Source: Vicugna vicugna
Taxonomy: Eukaryota
NCBI GenBank assembly: GCA_013265495.1
Contig: MU058570.1
Coordinates: forward strand, 1-64,000
Length of the DNA stretch: 64,000 bases
Reading direction: 5' to 3'
The notes under the pieces were generated by a model, which ran no database searches, was not told where the DNA came from, and saw only the letters and a list, made by a program, of their open reading frames with translations. Position numbers and translations under genes: made by a program. Of the stretch, positions 27,711-39,260 are shown piece by piece (position 1 is the first letter of the stretch; every line of letters starts with the position of its first letter).

Positions 27711-27844
27711 CTGGGAAATACAAATCTTTTATTTCTATCTCCACTGTGCTCCTCTTGGAATCTCCATGCCAATAACCCTTCCTCTCCTTAGGATTATAGC
27801 AGGAATATAGATACATAGGTGGAAAGAATCATCTCTATTGATGG
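27711..27844 (-). pseudogene. Exon remnant, 134 nt with inferred +1 frameshift: PSIEMIL/PPMYLYSCYNPKERKGYWHGDSKRSTVEIEIKDLYFP(A)
   Basis: ctttactgaacag|...CAG|gcaggt; removing one base at 27823-27825 gives a fully open frame continuing into the next exon. Confidence 0.6.
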
Positions 27845-28202
27845 CTGTTCAGTAAAGCACAAAATGCAGAGATTTTGGTAAGTTGGATTTGTAATTGTGG
27901 CTAGGATCTTGAGCCAACTTGGACGATCTTAACATTTCAACCTAAATATGGCATTGGCATTAGAAGAAAGACTAGGGTTTGATTAACCCATTCAAATGGC
28001 AAAGAAGAAACTGGAAAATGGTCCATCTTCAACAAACAGAGGAACATCTGCCCCTGTTGGTCTGCTTCACGATGGGAGGGAGAGTTGAGACAGCCCTGTC
28101 CCCTCTTGTAAAACAAGGGGCTGAAAATACAAGAGTGAAGGAGAATGAAGAAAGTTATCACACTGCAATTTGATTTCATAAACATACTGCAAGTTAAGTT
28201 AC

Positions 28203-28250
28203 CCCACTGGACATGAAGCTCTCAAATTTCAAATAATCTACACCTGCTCT
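28203..28250 (-). pseudogene. Exon remnant, 48 nt: RAGVDYLKFESFMSSG
   Basis: tttttcttccaatgcag|...GGG|gtaact; only frame 0 is open. Confidence 0.7.
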
Positions 28251-29007
28251 CTGCATTGGAAGAAAAATGAGTGGAAAGAGACTGAAAGTATCCACTCCAA
28301 TAATCTGCTCTATGGAGAGTAAAGTGTCTTTTCTATGGAAATATAAGAAAGAACGAATCAGTTCCTCCTTCTGGAAACTTTTAGGTTGAGCCTTCATTTC
28401 TCTACTGTACTACGGTAATAAGCCTCTTAGTATGTTTATCATCATTCTTCTAATTTAAGTTTTTCACAGCATGGAGGAAAGTCTTTTTAGAAGATTAAAT
28501 CATGCCTCTAACTTTCTACCAAACCTTCAGTACTTCCTTGAGAAAGTCACCCACTCTTTCTGTGTCTCAGTTTCCAATTCTATAAAATGGGGAATGATAG
28601 TAACGGGTGTGCAAGTTTGTCCTGAAGGTTAAATGAGTTAATGTCATGAATCACTAGTAAGTGCTAGTGATTAATCTCCTCATTATCTTCTGCTGCCTTC
28701 TCTCAGCTCCCCCTGGCTCAGTCCATGGTATTTCAATCAGTAGATACGATGCTGCCACATTTCTCAGAGTGATATGGGCTTGAGCCTGGAAGTACCCAGC
28801 TCATGCATTTAATTTAATACTGCCTTATAGAGCTCTGTGACCCAGGACACCAGGCCCCAGAGATGTCCATTGGGTTCTATAGCTGAGTCCTAAATCTTTC
28901 TGCAAACATGGCTTAAGGTGTGGAGGTGCAGAGCTGACTGCTGATCATCTAGAACAAAGCATGACTAGAGACACAAACTGTGGATTTAATCTTCTGGGAA
29001 CACTCAC

Positions 29008-29030
29008 TATTGTCATGAAATTACCATACA
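29008..29030 (-). pseudogene. Micro-exon remnant, 23 nt: YGNFMTI
   Basis: ctttctttttttcttttcattcag|...ATA|gtgagt; only the propagated frame is open. Confidence 0.7.
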
Positions 29031-29393
29031 CTGAATGAAAAGAAAAAAAGAAAGCCAAAGACAAATATGTAAAGATTATCTGTATTTAGGTCAATGGCCT
29101 TTAACCATCTACGTATCTTGAACCTATCATGAATAGTGTCTGACGTGTTCGCAAAGCAAACTTAAGAGGCAGTAAGGGTGAGCTGTTGTAGGATCAAGAT
29201 TAAATGGTTTGTCCGAAGTCACACAGTGAGTTCACTGCACAGCTACAAACAGAACCCAGGTTTCCTAAGCCCCTATTAAAGAAAAGCTGCTAAAGTCAGG
29301 TGTGGTGGGACTGGAGAGAGCCTTCCTGTGGCTGATGCAAGGATGGACTTTCAAGATTCAGTCTTTGGAGAGGAAATGCCTTTCCCTGCTCAC

Positions 29394-29425
29394 CCCACTA
29401 CTTTTAAGCTCTTGGCAGAAAGATC
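29394..29425 (-). pseudogene. Exon remnant, 32 nt: IFLPRA*K*W(V)
   Basis: ttttattttttcag|...GGG|gtgagc; phase 2 to 1. Confidence 0.6.
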
Positions 29426-30389
29426 CTGAAAAAATAAAACATATTATTAGTGTTAGAAGAGTGCCAATCTCAGCTGAGCTCTGTTGAGTCAGTTACTCAA
29501 CACAAGAGGATTGGTAGGGAGAGAATAAATAACTTCTAAGGTTCTCCGAGCATTTGAATTTATGATCTATAAAACTCCATCCATAAAAGGGAAAAAAATC
29601 TGGACATGTAAAATTATAGACAAGTTCTGCCCAGGGTTTAGTCATTAGCAAGAGAGTTTTTCATAAATATAAGATTGGAGGTGTTTCTGGGTTTTTAACA
29701 GACCTAAATGTTTCAGGCATAATGGAACCTTACTAAGTGAAAGACACTGCACAGAACTTGGTAGGTACTACATCCCTCAACTTATGAAGTTTAGAATCTA
29801 GACGAGAAAAAGTTCAACCTTGAAAGATGTCTAGTGATACAATTCAGTTTTTTTTCCTCAAGTTACATTTATTTAAGACAACATAACATATACCAGAGGA
29901 ACACAAACGTCTGTCATGCCTATTAAACATCTGAGCCAATATATTCCTTGAGTTAACAAGGTCTTTGAGGAAAATGTTGGTTTCTCAGTGGAGACGGAGT
30001 CCATGTAAGGATTCCTGAACAAGCAATAGACCTTCTCCAGTCTCTAGGGAGTTTAGAAACATATCAATAAAGTTTTACTCACACTTTTTTCATCTTTTAA
30101 GTAATAAAACTATGATGAGGAAAATATAAAAAAGGAAAAAAGATAGTCACCCTATATTCTCACCCCTATAACACACTCTGGTCACATCTTAAGTTTCTTT
30201 TGCTGGCCTCTCCTTTTCTCAGGAATTCTTAAATATATCAGGGCTTTGGACTTGATCCTTGGACTTTTCATATTTTCCATCTTCACTTTGTCCAAAGTGA
30301 TCTCATAATCTCCTGGCTTTAGGTGCCACCTGTATCCTGATGGCTCCCAAATGTGTAACTCCAGCCTAGATTTCCAGCTATTCCTTTAT

Positions 30390-31190
30390 AGTTACACCCA
30401 TCTCCCTCCTTAGCCTCTGGCAACCACTAACATGTTCCCCAACTCTATAATTTGGTCATTTTGAGAATCTTATTTAAATGGAATCATATAGTGTGTAGCC
30501 TTTTGAGATTAGCTTTTAAAAAAATTATTATTCAGGGTAATTCCCTTGAAATTCATTCAAGCTGCTCCATGTTTCAGTTGTTCATTCATTTTCCCACTAT
30601 GTATGTACCACAGTTTATTGAAACATTCACCCATGGGAAGATATTTGAATTATTTACAGTTTTTGTCTATTACAAATAAAGCCTGCAAATTCATATACAG
30701 TTTTATGTGGACATACATTTTCATTTCTCTGGGATGAACCCCCAGGAATGTGATGGCTGGGTTGTACATTTAGTATATATTTAGTTTTCTAAGAAACTTC
30801 CCAATTATTTTCCAGAGTAGCTGTATCATTTTGCATTCCCATCAGCAATGTATGAGAGATCTAGTTTTGCCACATCCTTGTCAACACTTGATATTGTCTG
30901 TCTGTTTGATTGTAGCCATTTTAGTGGGTATACATTGGTATCTCATTGTGGAGTTTTTATTTCCTTAATGATTAATAATGTTGAACATCTTTTCATGTGT
31001 TTATTTGCCACCTGCATATTCTGCTTGATGAAATGTCTTTTCATGTCTTTTGCCCATTTTCCAGTTGTATTCTTTTGGGAATTCTTTAGAGAAGTCTTTT
31101 TGTCAACTATGTGTTTTGCCAATATTTTCTTGCTGTCTGTAGCTTGTGTATTCATTCTCTTTACAGAGTATTTTGCAGAGTAAAAGTTAA
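30390..31190 (-). mobile_element. L1 3' fragment
   Basis: Supplied ORF 30943..31197 gives the L1 ORF2 C-terminus KWAKDMKRHF..QMANKHMKRCSTLLII. Confidence 0.85.
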
Positions 31191-31343
31191 GTCTCACTTA
31201 ACTGTGTTTATTGCAGTATTTCTCAGTTGAATTTTTACCATGATTACCTTTTTTTGCCCATAATTAGCATCTTACAGATTATGGGTATCTGCAAAACAGA
31301 TTCAGAGATGTCGTTCCAGCCATTTCCTTACTTCATTACTTAC

Positions 31344-31402
31344 CTCTGATCTCCAAGTGTGCCGGCCTGGTGCACCCAACTTTCTCAATGTCCTACTTTC
31401 AA
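31344..31402 (-). pseudogene. Exon remnant, 59 nt: LKVGH*ESWVHQAGTLGDQ(R)
   Basis: tctcctggctcctag|...GAG|gtaagt (consensus donor); phase 0 to 2. Confidence 0.7.
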
Positions 31403-32424
31403 CTAGGAGCCAGGAGATAAGCTGAAAATCAAATTTATGTTAGTGAGTGCTATGAGAATGCGCCATATCCCCAGTTGCATATCATATTCTTTCAGCTGCT
31501 TTCTAGAGACAAACTCAAAACAAATAAGAAGAGATCTGAAAGGTGGTCATTTTTTTCTCCATGAACACTGACTGGAAAAAAAAAATCCAAACTTTAGATT
31601 GCTAAAAGAGAAGCACTAAACACAGATTCTAATCCCAGATTTGCCACTAATTGTGTAACCTTAAATAAGCCACTCCATTCTGAGCCTGGATTTCCTCACC
31701 TGTAAAAATGAAAGGACTGTAGCAAATTTAATGTTCTATAATTCTAAATCACAGCAGTACACCAGCTGAGTGCACATGTGAATCTCATGTATGATGAAGT
31801 TCTGTGAATCTGCCTGAAAGCTTTTAAAGAGAGAATTCAAGCTACTGGGTGTGTTTAAATGACTCTTAAGATCCCTCCAGGGTGAGTCAATTTTCTTAGC
31901 AATTTTCTAATAAAGGACACAAGGTGTTTTCACTCTGTTTCTTCTAAGATCAAAGCGTTGAAGCAGTCCTCCTCTTCTACAGATTTCCCATGTCAAGATA
32001 CCAAAATCTACACACCATTTCTCTGTTTTATTTCTAATCTAAATCAACATTGAAAATCAGTGATCAGGAATAAATTAAGGTAGAATGAAACCATCTTTCC
32101 TAAAGTTAAAGGAAGCTTGGGGGCAGGGAGGGAACAGGAATGAGAGAGGAGGAAGAGGAAGTTGGTGAAAAGGTTAGGGTGATGATTAGTTAGCCAGTAG
32201 GCAGATACACATCCATCCAATAAACGGAATGTCATTAAGATCGGTTTACATTTAATTGCAACAGCATCTTTGCTTAAAAGGAACTTCACACACACAAAAA
32301 GGTACATCACCTAAGCAATTTGGAAATCAGTTTCAAAAGATGCTTTCTTCCCAATCTGTCATCCCAAGACAGAGGAACAAAGAACACTGCACAACTATAG
32401 AGGAAAAAGGAGGGTGGAAGTCAC

Positions 32425-32454
32425 TGTCAGCCTAACAATGCTGACATCCTGGTG
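32425..32454 (-). pseudogene. Exon remnant, 30 nt: HQDVSIVRLT
   Basis: long pyrimidine tract tttctgcctctgtctcctccag|...ACA|gtgact; phase 0-0. Confidence 0.6.
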
Positions 32455-33696
32455 CTGGAGGAGACAGAGGCAGAAACGTAAATGCAAGAAACAAGCACAC
32501 AGAAGTCTAAGGAAACAGCGAGGGTTGATGGGGAAGAGCATTACCACAAAATCATGTTGATATTTAGAAAACTGTTCAGTTGATTGGATCAATAAAATCT
32601 TAAGGATCTCTGATGTGAAAGGATTTTGGATCCTTGTTGCCAGCCACCTTTCCCTTTTCCCTTTGCTCATATTTCTTTTCAACATAATTACTCATTCATC
32701 CTTCCATTTAATCAGCACTTACTGTTTTGAAATCCTACAATGGCCGAGTACTATTACAGAACCTGGGAATACCAAAGTGATGCATTAAGACACATTCCTT
32801 TTTATCAAGGAGCTGTCATTCTGGTCCATTCTATCTAGATTAGACCACCAAAGAAAGGGTTACAAAATAATTTGATGTGTGTGTTTTGTTTTTGAGATAT
32901 TTACAGGAGACTATTGAAAGCAAACAGGAAGAATGCTTATTTCTGCCTGGATAAGTGGGAAACACACAGGAAGGGGATTTGTGGTTTGGGAGGGTAAGAT
33001 TAGAAAAGGGTTCTTCATCGGGATTATTTAGATCTAGAATTCCCCCTGGGGATCAAAGAGCACCAGTTTTGTCCTCTCTAAGGTTTAGAACTGGTGAATA
33101 TGTGTGTGTGGGGGAATCTTCAAACTGCCAACCTCCCATCTATTGGCAAAATGTTACCCTCTTTCTATTCTAATGTTATTGCTTTCCACACATTCAAAAG
33201 TAATACCATTCTACATTCTCTTTTGTATCTATTTTGCTTTCCAGCCAGGAGATTTACTTGAAAGCAGCAGCATAGATCTTAGGCTCTAGGAGGTATCTCA
33301 CAGAATGTAACTGGAGGTGACATTTACAGTGAGGAAATTGAGGCCCAAAGAAAGATAGTGACACGCAGACTGGGATTTTCTAACCCTGTTGGGACTAAAC
33401 TCTTAATCCAGTTTTATTTCTGTTACCCCTCTCTCCCCAACCCCCCGCTATTTTCTCTCTTAGGCTATACTTACAACCTCCCTAGGGTGCTAGATAATAC
33501 TTGTATATCCTGGCTGTGTTCATTTTTGCATAAGTTTCCCATGAAGATTTTGCTGTTTTCTCTTTCAGACATGACCCAAGACCTCAGGCTGGCCTCATTA
33601 ACTGATCCCTGTGGCACCTTAAAAACAGCCCTCCCTAGGGAGACGCCTGGATCAGGATGGCTAGTCCCCAGTGACTGCATTCCCACCAACCCTCAC

Positions 33697-33808
33697 CCTC
33701 TCCACAGAACTCAGTGCAAGCAACATGTAGTCTATGTTGAAGAAAATATTTATGCGTGTAGCCCTTTTGGCTTCTTCCAAAGCCATTAAAAACCTTTGTG
33801 GTTTGAAT
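33697..33808 (-). pseudogene. Exon remnant, 112 nt: FKPQRFLMALEEAKRATRINIFFNIDYMLLALSSVER
   Basis: ttcttctgtgaacag|...AGG|gtgagg; open; phase 2 to 0. Confidence 0.7.
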
Positions 33809-34646
33809 CTGTTCACAGAAGAATTAATTGATGGTTTTGAATGTTATTAGAGAAGAAACCCAACTAGTTTCTCAGGATATTCATCTGGGAATTTTCAGCT
33901 TGAGGAATAATGTATTTCAGATGTTCCCTAAAAAAATAAAAAGTAAATAAAAAGTAAAAAAAAAAAAAGACTAATTAATGCCCCCTACAGAAGTTAGTTG
34001 TGGGTGGTTGGAAGATGGATATAAATCTGGTGTAAATAGAGATGGCTTAATAATGGCAAAACCCTTTCCCCTTCTGCATCTTTGTCTTTTGACAGTGACA
34101 TTCAGAATCCTACAGCCAAAGCCTGCCTTACACAGAGGCAGAAAATTGCAGCTATGTTTATAAGTGATGTGGGAAAGCTAAAAGCCCCCATCTACTAAAA
34201 GGTTCTCTCTCTGCTGGCACTCTGTCTGGTTTGGCCTGATACATTTCTCTTTTAGATGCACACACCTTGAGTTATTTAACCCAGACTCACAGCCTCACCT
34301 TCAGAAAGAGAATACTAAAATGTACATTTTACTACATGTAAAATTGCTAGCATCAGGCAAAACACGGAGCCAAAGTGGTTTGTGCATATTACATAGTGGT
34401 GTTGGCTTATCCCTTCATGTGCTGAATTAAATATCTGAAATAAACATCCAGTTTACATCCAGCACTTAAAGAGCTTGCAGCCCCTGAGAAGAGAGAGATC
34501 TATAAACAGATGACTGCAATGCAGTGCAGCAAGAAATTATAACGGAGGGAAACTCAGATACCTCAAGAATAATGGAAGAACGTTAGTCCAGCTGGAGACA
34601 GAGCAAGGCATGTGATGCCTGACTCCTAAATGCCAGTGGGAGTTAC

Positions 34647-34697
34647 TGTGAGATTCCTGGGTGCTGCAGAAGTTCTTCATCACTCTAGAAGTATAGG
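34647..34697 (-). pseudogene. Exon remnant, 51 nt: LYF*SDEELLQHPGIS(Q)
   Basis: ttctctcgccctttccag|...CA|gtaact; phase 2-2. Confidence 0.65.
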
Positions 34698-34824
34698 CTG
34701 GAAAGGGCGAGAGAACATGGCATCAGCAAACCCAGAGTGGCCAGCAGGCAGGCAAAGACTTGTTTTGGACGTGTGCATGTGTGGCAGGAGCCCCGAGCAC
34801 CAGGTGCCCGGGTAACAGACTGAC

Positions 34825-34863
34825 CATATCCCCTGCCAGGAAGGAAAAACACCTAGATAAATG
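34825..34863 (-). pseudogene. Exon remnant, 39 nt: IYLGVFPSWQGI(C)
   Basis: ctccattgcccag|...ATG|gtcagt; phase 2-2. Confidence 0.6.
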
Positions 34864-35717
34864 CTGGGCAATGGAGGTCAAGTGCAAATTCCAAGAAAAG
34901 AACACCGAAGGCACACTGGTTGCTTCAAAATATCCCTGTGTTCCATCCTGCTCATAAAGCAGTGATACATTACCAGTACACATTATTTCCCTCCTCACTT
35001 CTGTATGTCATGTGTACATGCCTGTGAGGAGGAACACATGGAAGGAAGCTATTTTTTTAATAATTATCATTTATTGGGTGCTTACATTATCATAATATTT
35101 TATCATAGCATTACATAATATTTAAAATTATAATTTATTAAATAGAATCTTCCCAACAGCAAATCAGTGAGTCTGGAATTACTAATCTCGTTTTATGTTA
35201 TAAGAAGACTGAAGCTCAAAAAAGCTAAGAAAGGTTAAGGAACTTGCTTGAGGAAACCTAACTGAAACAGGAATTCAGATCCAAAATCTATTTTTTTGTT
35301 TCACAATGTTGTAACACTTCACAAGTTTTGGGATCAGGCATATTTGGATTTAAGTTAATAAAAATATATTTGTTCTTGTCTGTGTGATTTTTAAATTTTT
35401 ATTTCCCTTTCCTTAATTTTATTAATAAGGTCTCTAGCTGGTTTGTTTTATTTGTGAATCTTATTTGTGAATCTTATGTGAATATTTCCTCCTCTCATTT
35501 GCTTATTTTGGCTTTCTTGAGAAAATGAAATCATTGCCAGTGCTCCAAAAAGCATGAGTTCCAGTCAATTCAGTTTAACAGTTTCACTGAGCAAATACCA
35601 TGTATTCAAAACCAGTGAATACTCTAGATATGCCTCTTGCCCTGATTTATAATTTTCACTTCACTTATCACCACCTAAAATATCATATAGTTGTTCATTT
35701 GAATACTGTCCATCTCT

Positions 35718-36023
35718 CTCTTTTTTTTTTCAGGTTGTGCAAACTGTTTTATTTTCTACTTTAAAAATATTCCTACATTTTAATATGTGGTATTTAATAC
35801 CTGGTTCAATTCCTTTATGTAATACGTGGTACACTGTCACATATTAACAGACCACATAGTGGCTGTTTTTAATGTTCATGTGCTTCGTAAGTTTCCACGT
35901 CATCAGGAGCAGAACATCCTAGGACAGAGGAGATAAAGCAGTTGGTTCTGAGATCTGACCAGGAGACCTTCTGTGATCTTGAGTCCCTAAACGAGGTGGA
36001 TCTCAGTCTTCTGGGGGCCATCA
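35718..36023 (-). pseudogene. 5'-truncated processed retrocopy of an unidentified mRNA 3' end
   Basis: Perfect 17-bp TSD gaatactgtccatctct (35701-35717 and 36024-36040); poly(A) seen as a T run at 35721-35730; AATAAA at 35748-35753 (minus); no repeat consensus recognised inside. Confidence 0.8.
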
Positions 36024-36456
36024 GAATACTGTCCATCTCTTGTAATAGACTGTGATCTCCATGAAACCAGGAACATCCGCAGTTTTACTCGAAGATGTAC
36101 CCTCAGGAACTAAACAGTTCTGGAAACCCATGCATGCTTTACAAGTATGTTAAATGACTGAAAAACCATTAAATTCTGAAGGAAATATAAGGATGCATAA
36201 GACAGCTTTCGGTCTCGCTATGTGCACCTGGGTGGAGACTCAAGACATAAATGCAGGAAGCTTCCCAGCAGCGTAAGTGGCTGTTCAGCTATTGTGAATC
36301 TGAGGCCTCAAATCCAGATGTGAAATAAATTTAACTTTCCTGTTTTATAACTCAGCCTAAACTGGATTCCAAGCTTCTATTCTGCTAGTCTAGAAGAAAC
36401 TTTACGTGTTTCCTCTCCTTTCTCCAGTTTGTGTCTCAGATTTGATGAGAGCTTAC

Positions 36457-36704
36457 ACAGGTCAAACCCCAGCGGCGGGCATGCTGCCTGGACTTTTAAT
36501 CTGTCCACACCAGTCATCACTGTGATGCCCTTTGTCCTCTTTCTGCAGCTCCTCCAGGACTGGTGGCTCTCTCTGCCTCTTCTTCCTAATGCATAAAGGC
36601 ATAGGAATCTTTGTGCTGCTTTTCAGCCATCTCTTAGAGACTGTCTTTGGACATCTCTTCATAAATACCCTCTCTGAGGTCTTGTCACCTTTCCTAGGTT
36701 CTGT
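36457..36704 (-). pseudogene. Exon remnant, 248 nt: TEPRKGDKTSERVFMKRCPKTVSKRWLKSSTKIPMPLCIRKKRQREPPVLEELQKEDKGHHSDDWCGQIKSPGSMPAAGV*P(V)
   Basis: gttttgtag|...GT|gtaagc; one TGA in 82 codons; phase 0 to 2; overlaps supplied ORF 36462..36662. Confidence 0.55.
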
Positions 36705-38391
36705 CTACAAAACTGGGTCCCTTCTCTGCTCTTGAGGGTACCACAGACCTCAAATCACTTCCTGGACTATTTCAGAGAAAAAAGGTACAGAGCCTTTCTC
36801 CATCTCAGACCTACAGAATTCTGTTCTCATCCCCTGCATTGCTCCTAAAAACCAAAGTCAATAGACAAAGAGTAGAGATCAAGGCTTGTTTTTCACCTTT
36901 TAAACATGGGGGGGGGGATAAAAAATAAACATTCATTCCAGGTCACACCAGGGCTGGTGATTTAGCACACCTTTCCCAAACTCTAATGGCTCAAGAAGGC
37001 AAAAGTCATGAGAAAACATGTGTAGAAAGCTTGAAATATCAGCTCTAGATAGTATTCAACACCTAACAAAGAGAAGACACACTCTTTTCAAGCAAGTGTG
37101 GAATCTATAATAACTGTAACACAGCCCTAGGGGTCGCAGCCAACAGTAGAGGAAAATGTCTTTTAAGGGCGTAAGATCTGAAAAGGAAAGGAAAACTACC
37201 ATTATTTGCAGACAATAGGATCAGCTATATTAAGACAAAAGAAATGCAGCTCATAAAAATTACCAGAGACAAGAAAAACTTACAAAAATCATTATGGAAT
37301 TTTCCGTTACCAACAATAATCAACAGAAGTATCATCATCGTAATAGAAAGATGACTCATGATAGTGGCAAAAATTATATTATATTCAGGAATGAACTTAA
37401 TATCTAAGACCTTCATGGAGAGCAGACAAACTCTCTTAAAGGACATTTTAAAAGATCTAATTAAATAGGGTAACACTCCATTCTCTGAGTTGGGTAAACA
37501 TAATATTAAAAAGGTATTTACTCTCCCTCCAAATTAGTGTATGAATTCAATGCCTTGGCAATAAAATTTACAGTCGAAGTTTTTGAGGACTTTGATAAAC
37601 ACACGCTGAAGTGTATATGGAAGAACAATGTTCATATGCACTAAATCTGTATCGAAAAAGAAGGGCAAAGAGCAGGGACTTGACCTGCCAGATAGTAGTA
37701 CCTCTCCTAAGGCCCCACTAATGAGGCACCATGATGATGATTCAACAGCAGTAATCAGGACAAGCTTAGCGGAGAGCTCGGACCAGTCCTGGTGCGTGTG
37801 TGGGGCTGTGACAAGGTGGACGGCAGTGGCTGAGGCCAGGACAGTCTGAGATGGGGCTGGAAACTGACCCCCTCGGTGGCAATAAAGTAAAACCAGATGC
37901 TCACCAGAAGCACCAGAAGCTGTATAAAATGGCCAGAGCCAGGTGGTTCAACACCCCCAATGTGGACAGTAACACCATACGCCTTATAGAAGATAACGTA
38001 GGAGGGTACCTCTGTGACTAGGAGTGGGGAGGAACAAGTTGAATAGATTCCCCAAAGCACAACATATAAATGAAATTATTGACAAATGTGACTACATTGA
38101 AATTAAGGAGTTCTGTTCACCCGAGAACTCCAGAGCCAAGGTAATGTTTTGTACTAATTTAACAGACACTTACATAATGCATACTGTGCACCAGAGACTG
38201 TTCTAAGGGCTTTAAAATACTGACTGATTTAATATTCTTAGCAGCCCCATGAAGTTTGTGCTATTAGTATCCTCATTTGACAGATAAGTTACCAAAATGC
38301 ACAGTGGTTAATTAGCCCAGGGTCACTTGGGTAATTGTGTGGCCAGAATGGAAAGCCAGCCATCAAGGTGCAAACATTGACAGCCACATTC

Positions 38392-38530
38392 TTTTTTTTT
38401 TTAAATTATTTTGGGGAGGGGGGTAATTAGGTTTTTATTTTTTTATTTACTTAATGGAGGTACTGGGGACTGAACCCAGGACCTTGTGCATGCTAAGCAC
38501 ACACTCTACCACTGAGCTCTGCCTTCCCCC
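38392..38530 (-). mobile_element. tRNA-derived camelid SINE (vic-1-like)
   Basis: ggaggtactggggactgaacccaggaccttgtgcatgctaagcac; TSD agcca(ca/tg)ttctt. Confidence 0.9.
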
Positions 38531-38939
38531 GAGAGCCATGTTCTTAACAGTGTGCTTCATGGCCACTCTGCAGAGACAAGATAGGTGCCATGTCCAAGGT
38601 CACAGAAGGACTACTATCTAGAAGATACTAGGAACTCCTGCAAACCAACCAGCAGAAACAGGGATGCCCCACAGAAAAATAGCATGCGTGCAAATTACAG
38701 AAATGGGCAATTTACAGAAAAGGATGGAGAAGCACATGGAAGAGATATTCAAATGCATTAGTCTCAGAAAAATGAAAGTTATACAAGAAAACATCATGTT
38801 ATGCATATCAGATTGGCCACAATTTAAAAAGGGGAGGGAACTGGTGCAGTCATCTGGAACTAGCATGGTGGCTGTGATTCTTAAAGTAAGAACTCATAAG
38901 AGTACTTTATGACCTGGCAATCCAGCTCCTGAGGAGTCT

Positions 38940-39260
38940 TGCCTTAGCCCATTTGGACAGCTACAACAGAATGCCATAAACTAGTTAGCTGATAAACAAC
39001 AGGACTGTATTTCTCACAGTCTGGAAGCTGGGAAGTCCAAGATCAAGGCACCAGCAAAGTCAGTGTCTGGTGAGGCTGCTTCCTGGTTCATAGATGATTG
39101 TCTTCTCCATGTCCTCACATGCCTTTCACATGGGGCAGGGAAGTTCTCTGGGGTCTCCTGTATCAGGGCCCTAATCCCATTCACACCTTCGAACACAATC
39201 ACCTTGGGGGTTATGATTTTAACATACGAATTTTGGAACACAAGCCTTCAGTCTACAGCG
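38940..39260 (-). mobile_element. MLT1A-like solo LTR
   Basis: tttctcacagtctggaagctgggaagtccaagatcaagg. Confidence 0.85.

Noticed and set aside
27711..27825. Uncorrected frame TYVSIFLL*S*GEEGLLAWRF resembling a TRAF/MATH motif
   Set aside because: Needs four stops across two exons, whereas one 1-bp correction gives a fully open frame; upstream TRAF motifs are absent.
27820..28230. FMSSGPS..MIL resembling nucleoside diphosphate kinase (NME5/8/9)
   Set aside because: Flanking sequence lacks NDK hallmarks (no IKPD, no NxxHGSD); the similarity is limited to one short motif.
26340..33789. Plus-strand ORFs 26340..26768 (142 aa) and 33358..33789 (143 aa)
   Set aside because: GTG starts and no recognisable homology; one runs through a (TG)n tract and both are antisense to pseudogene sequence.
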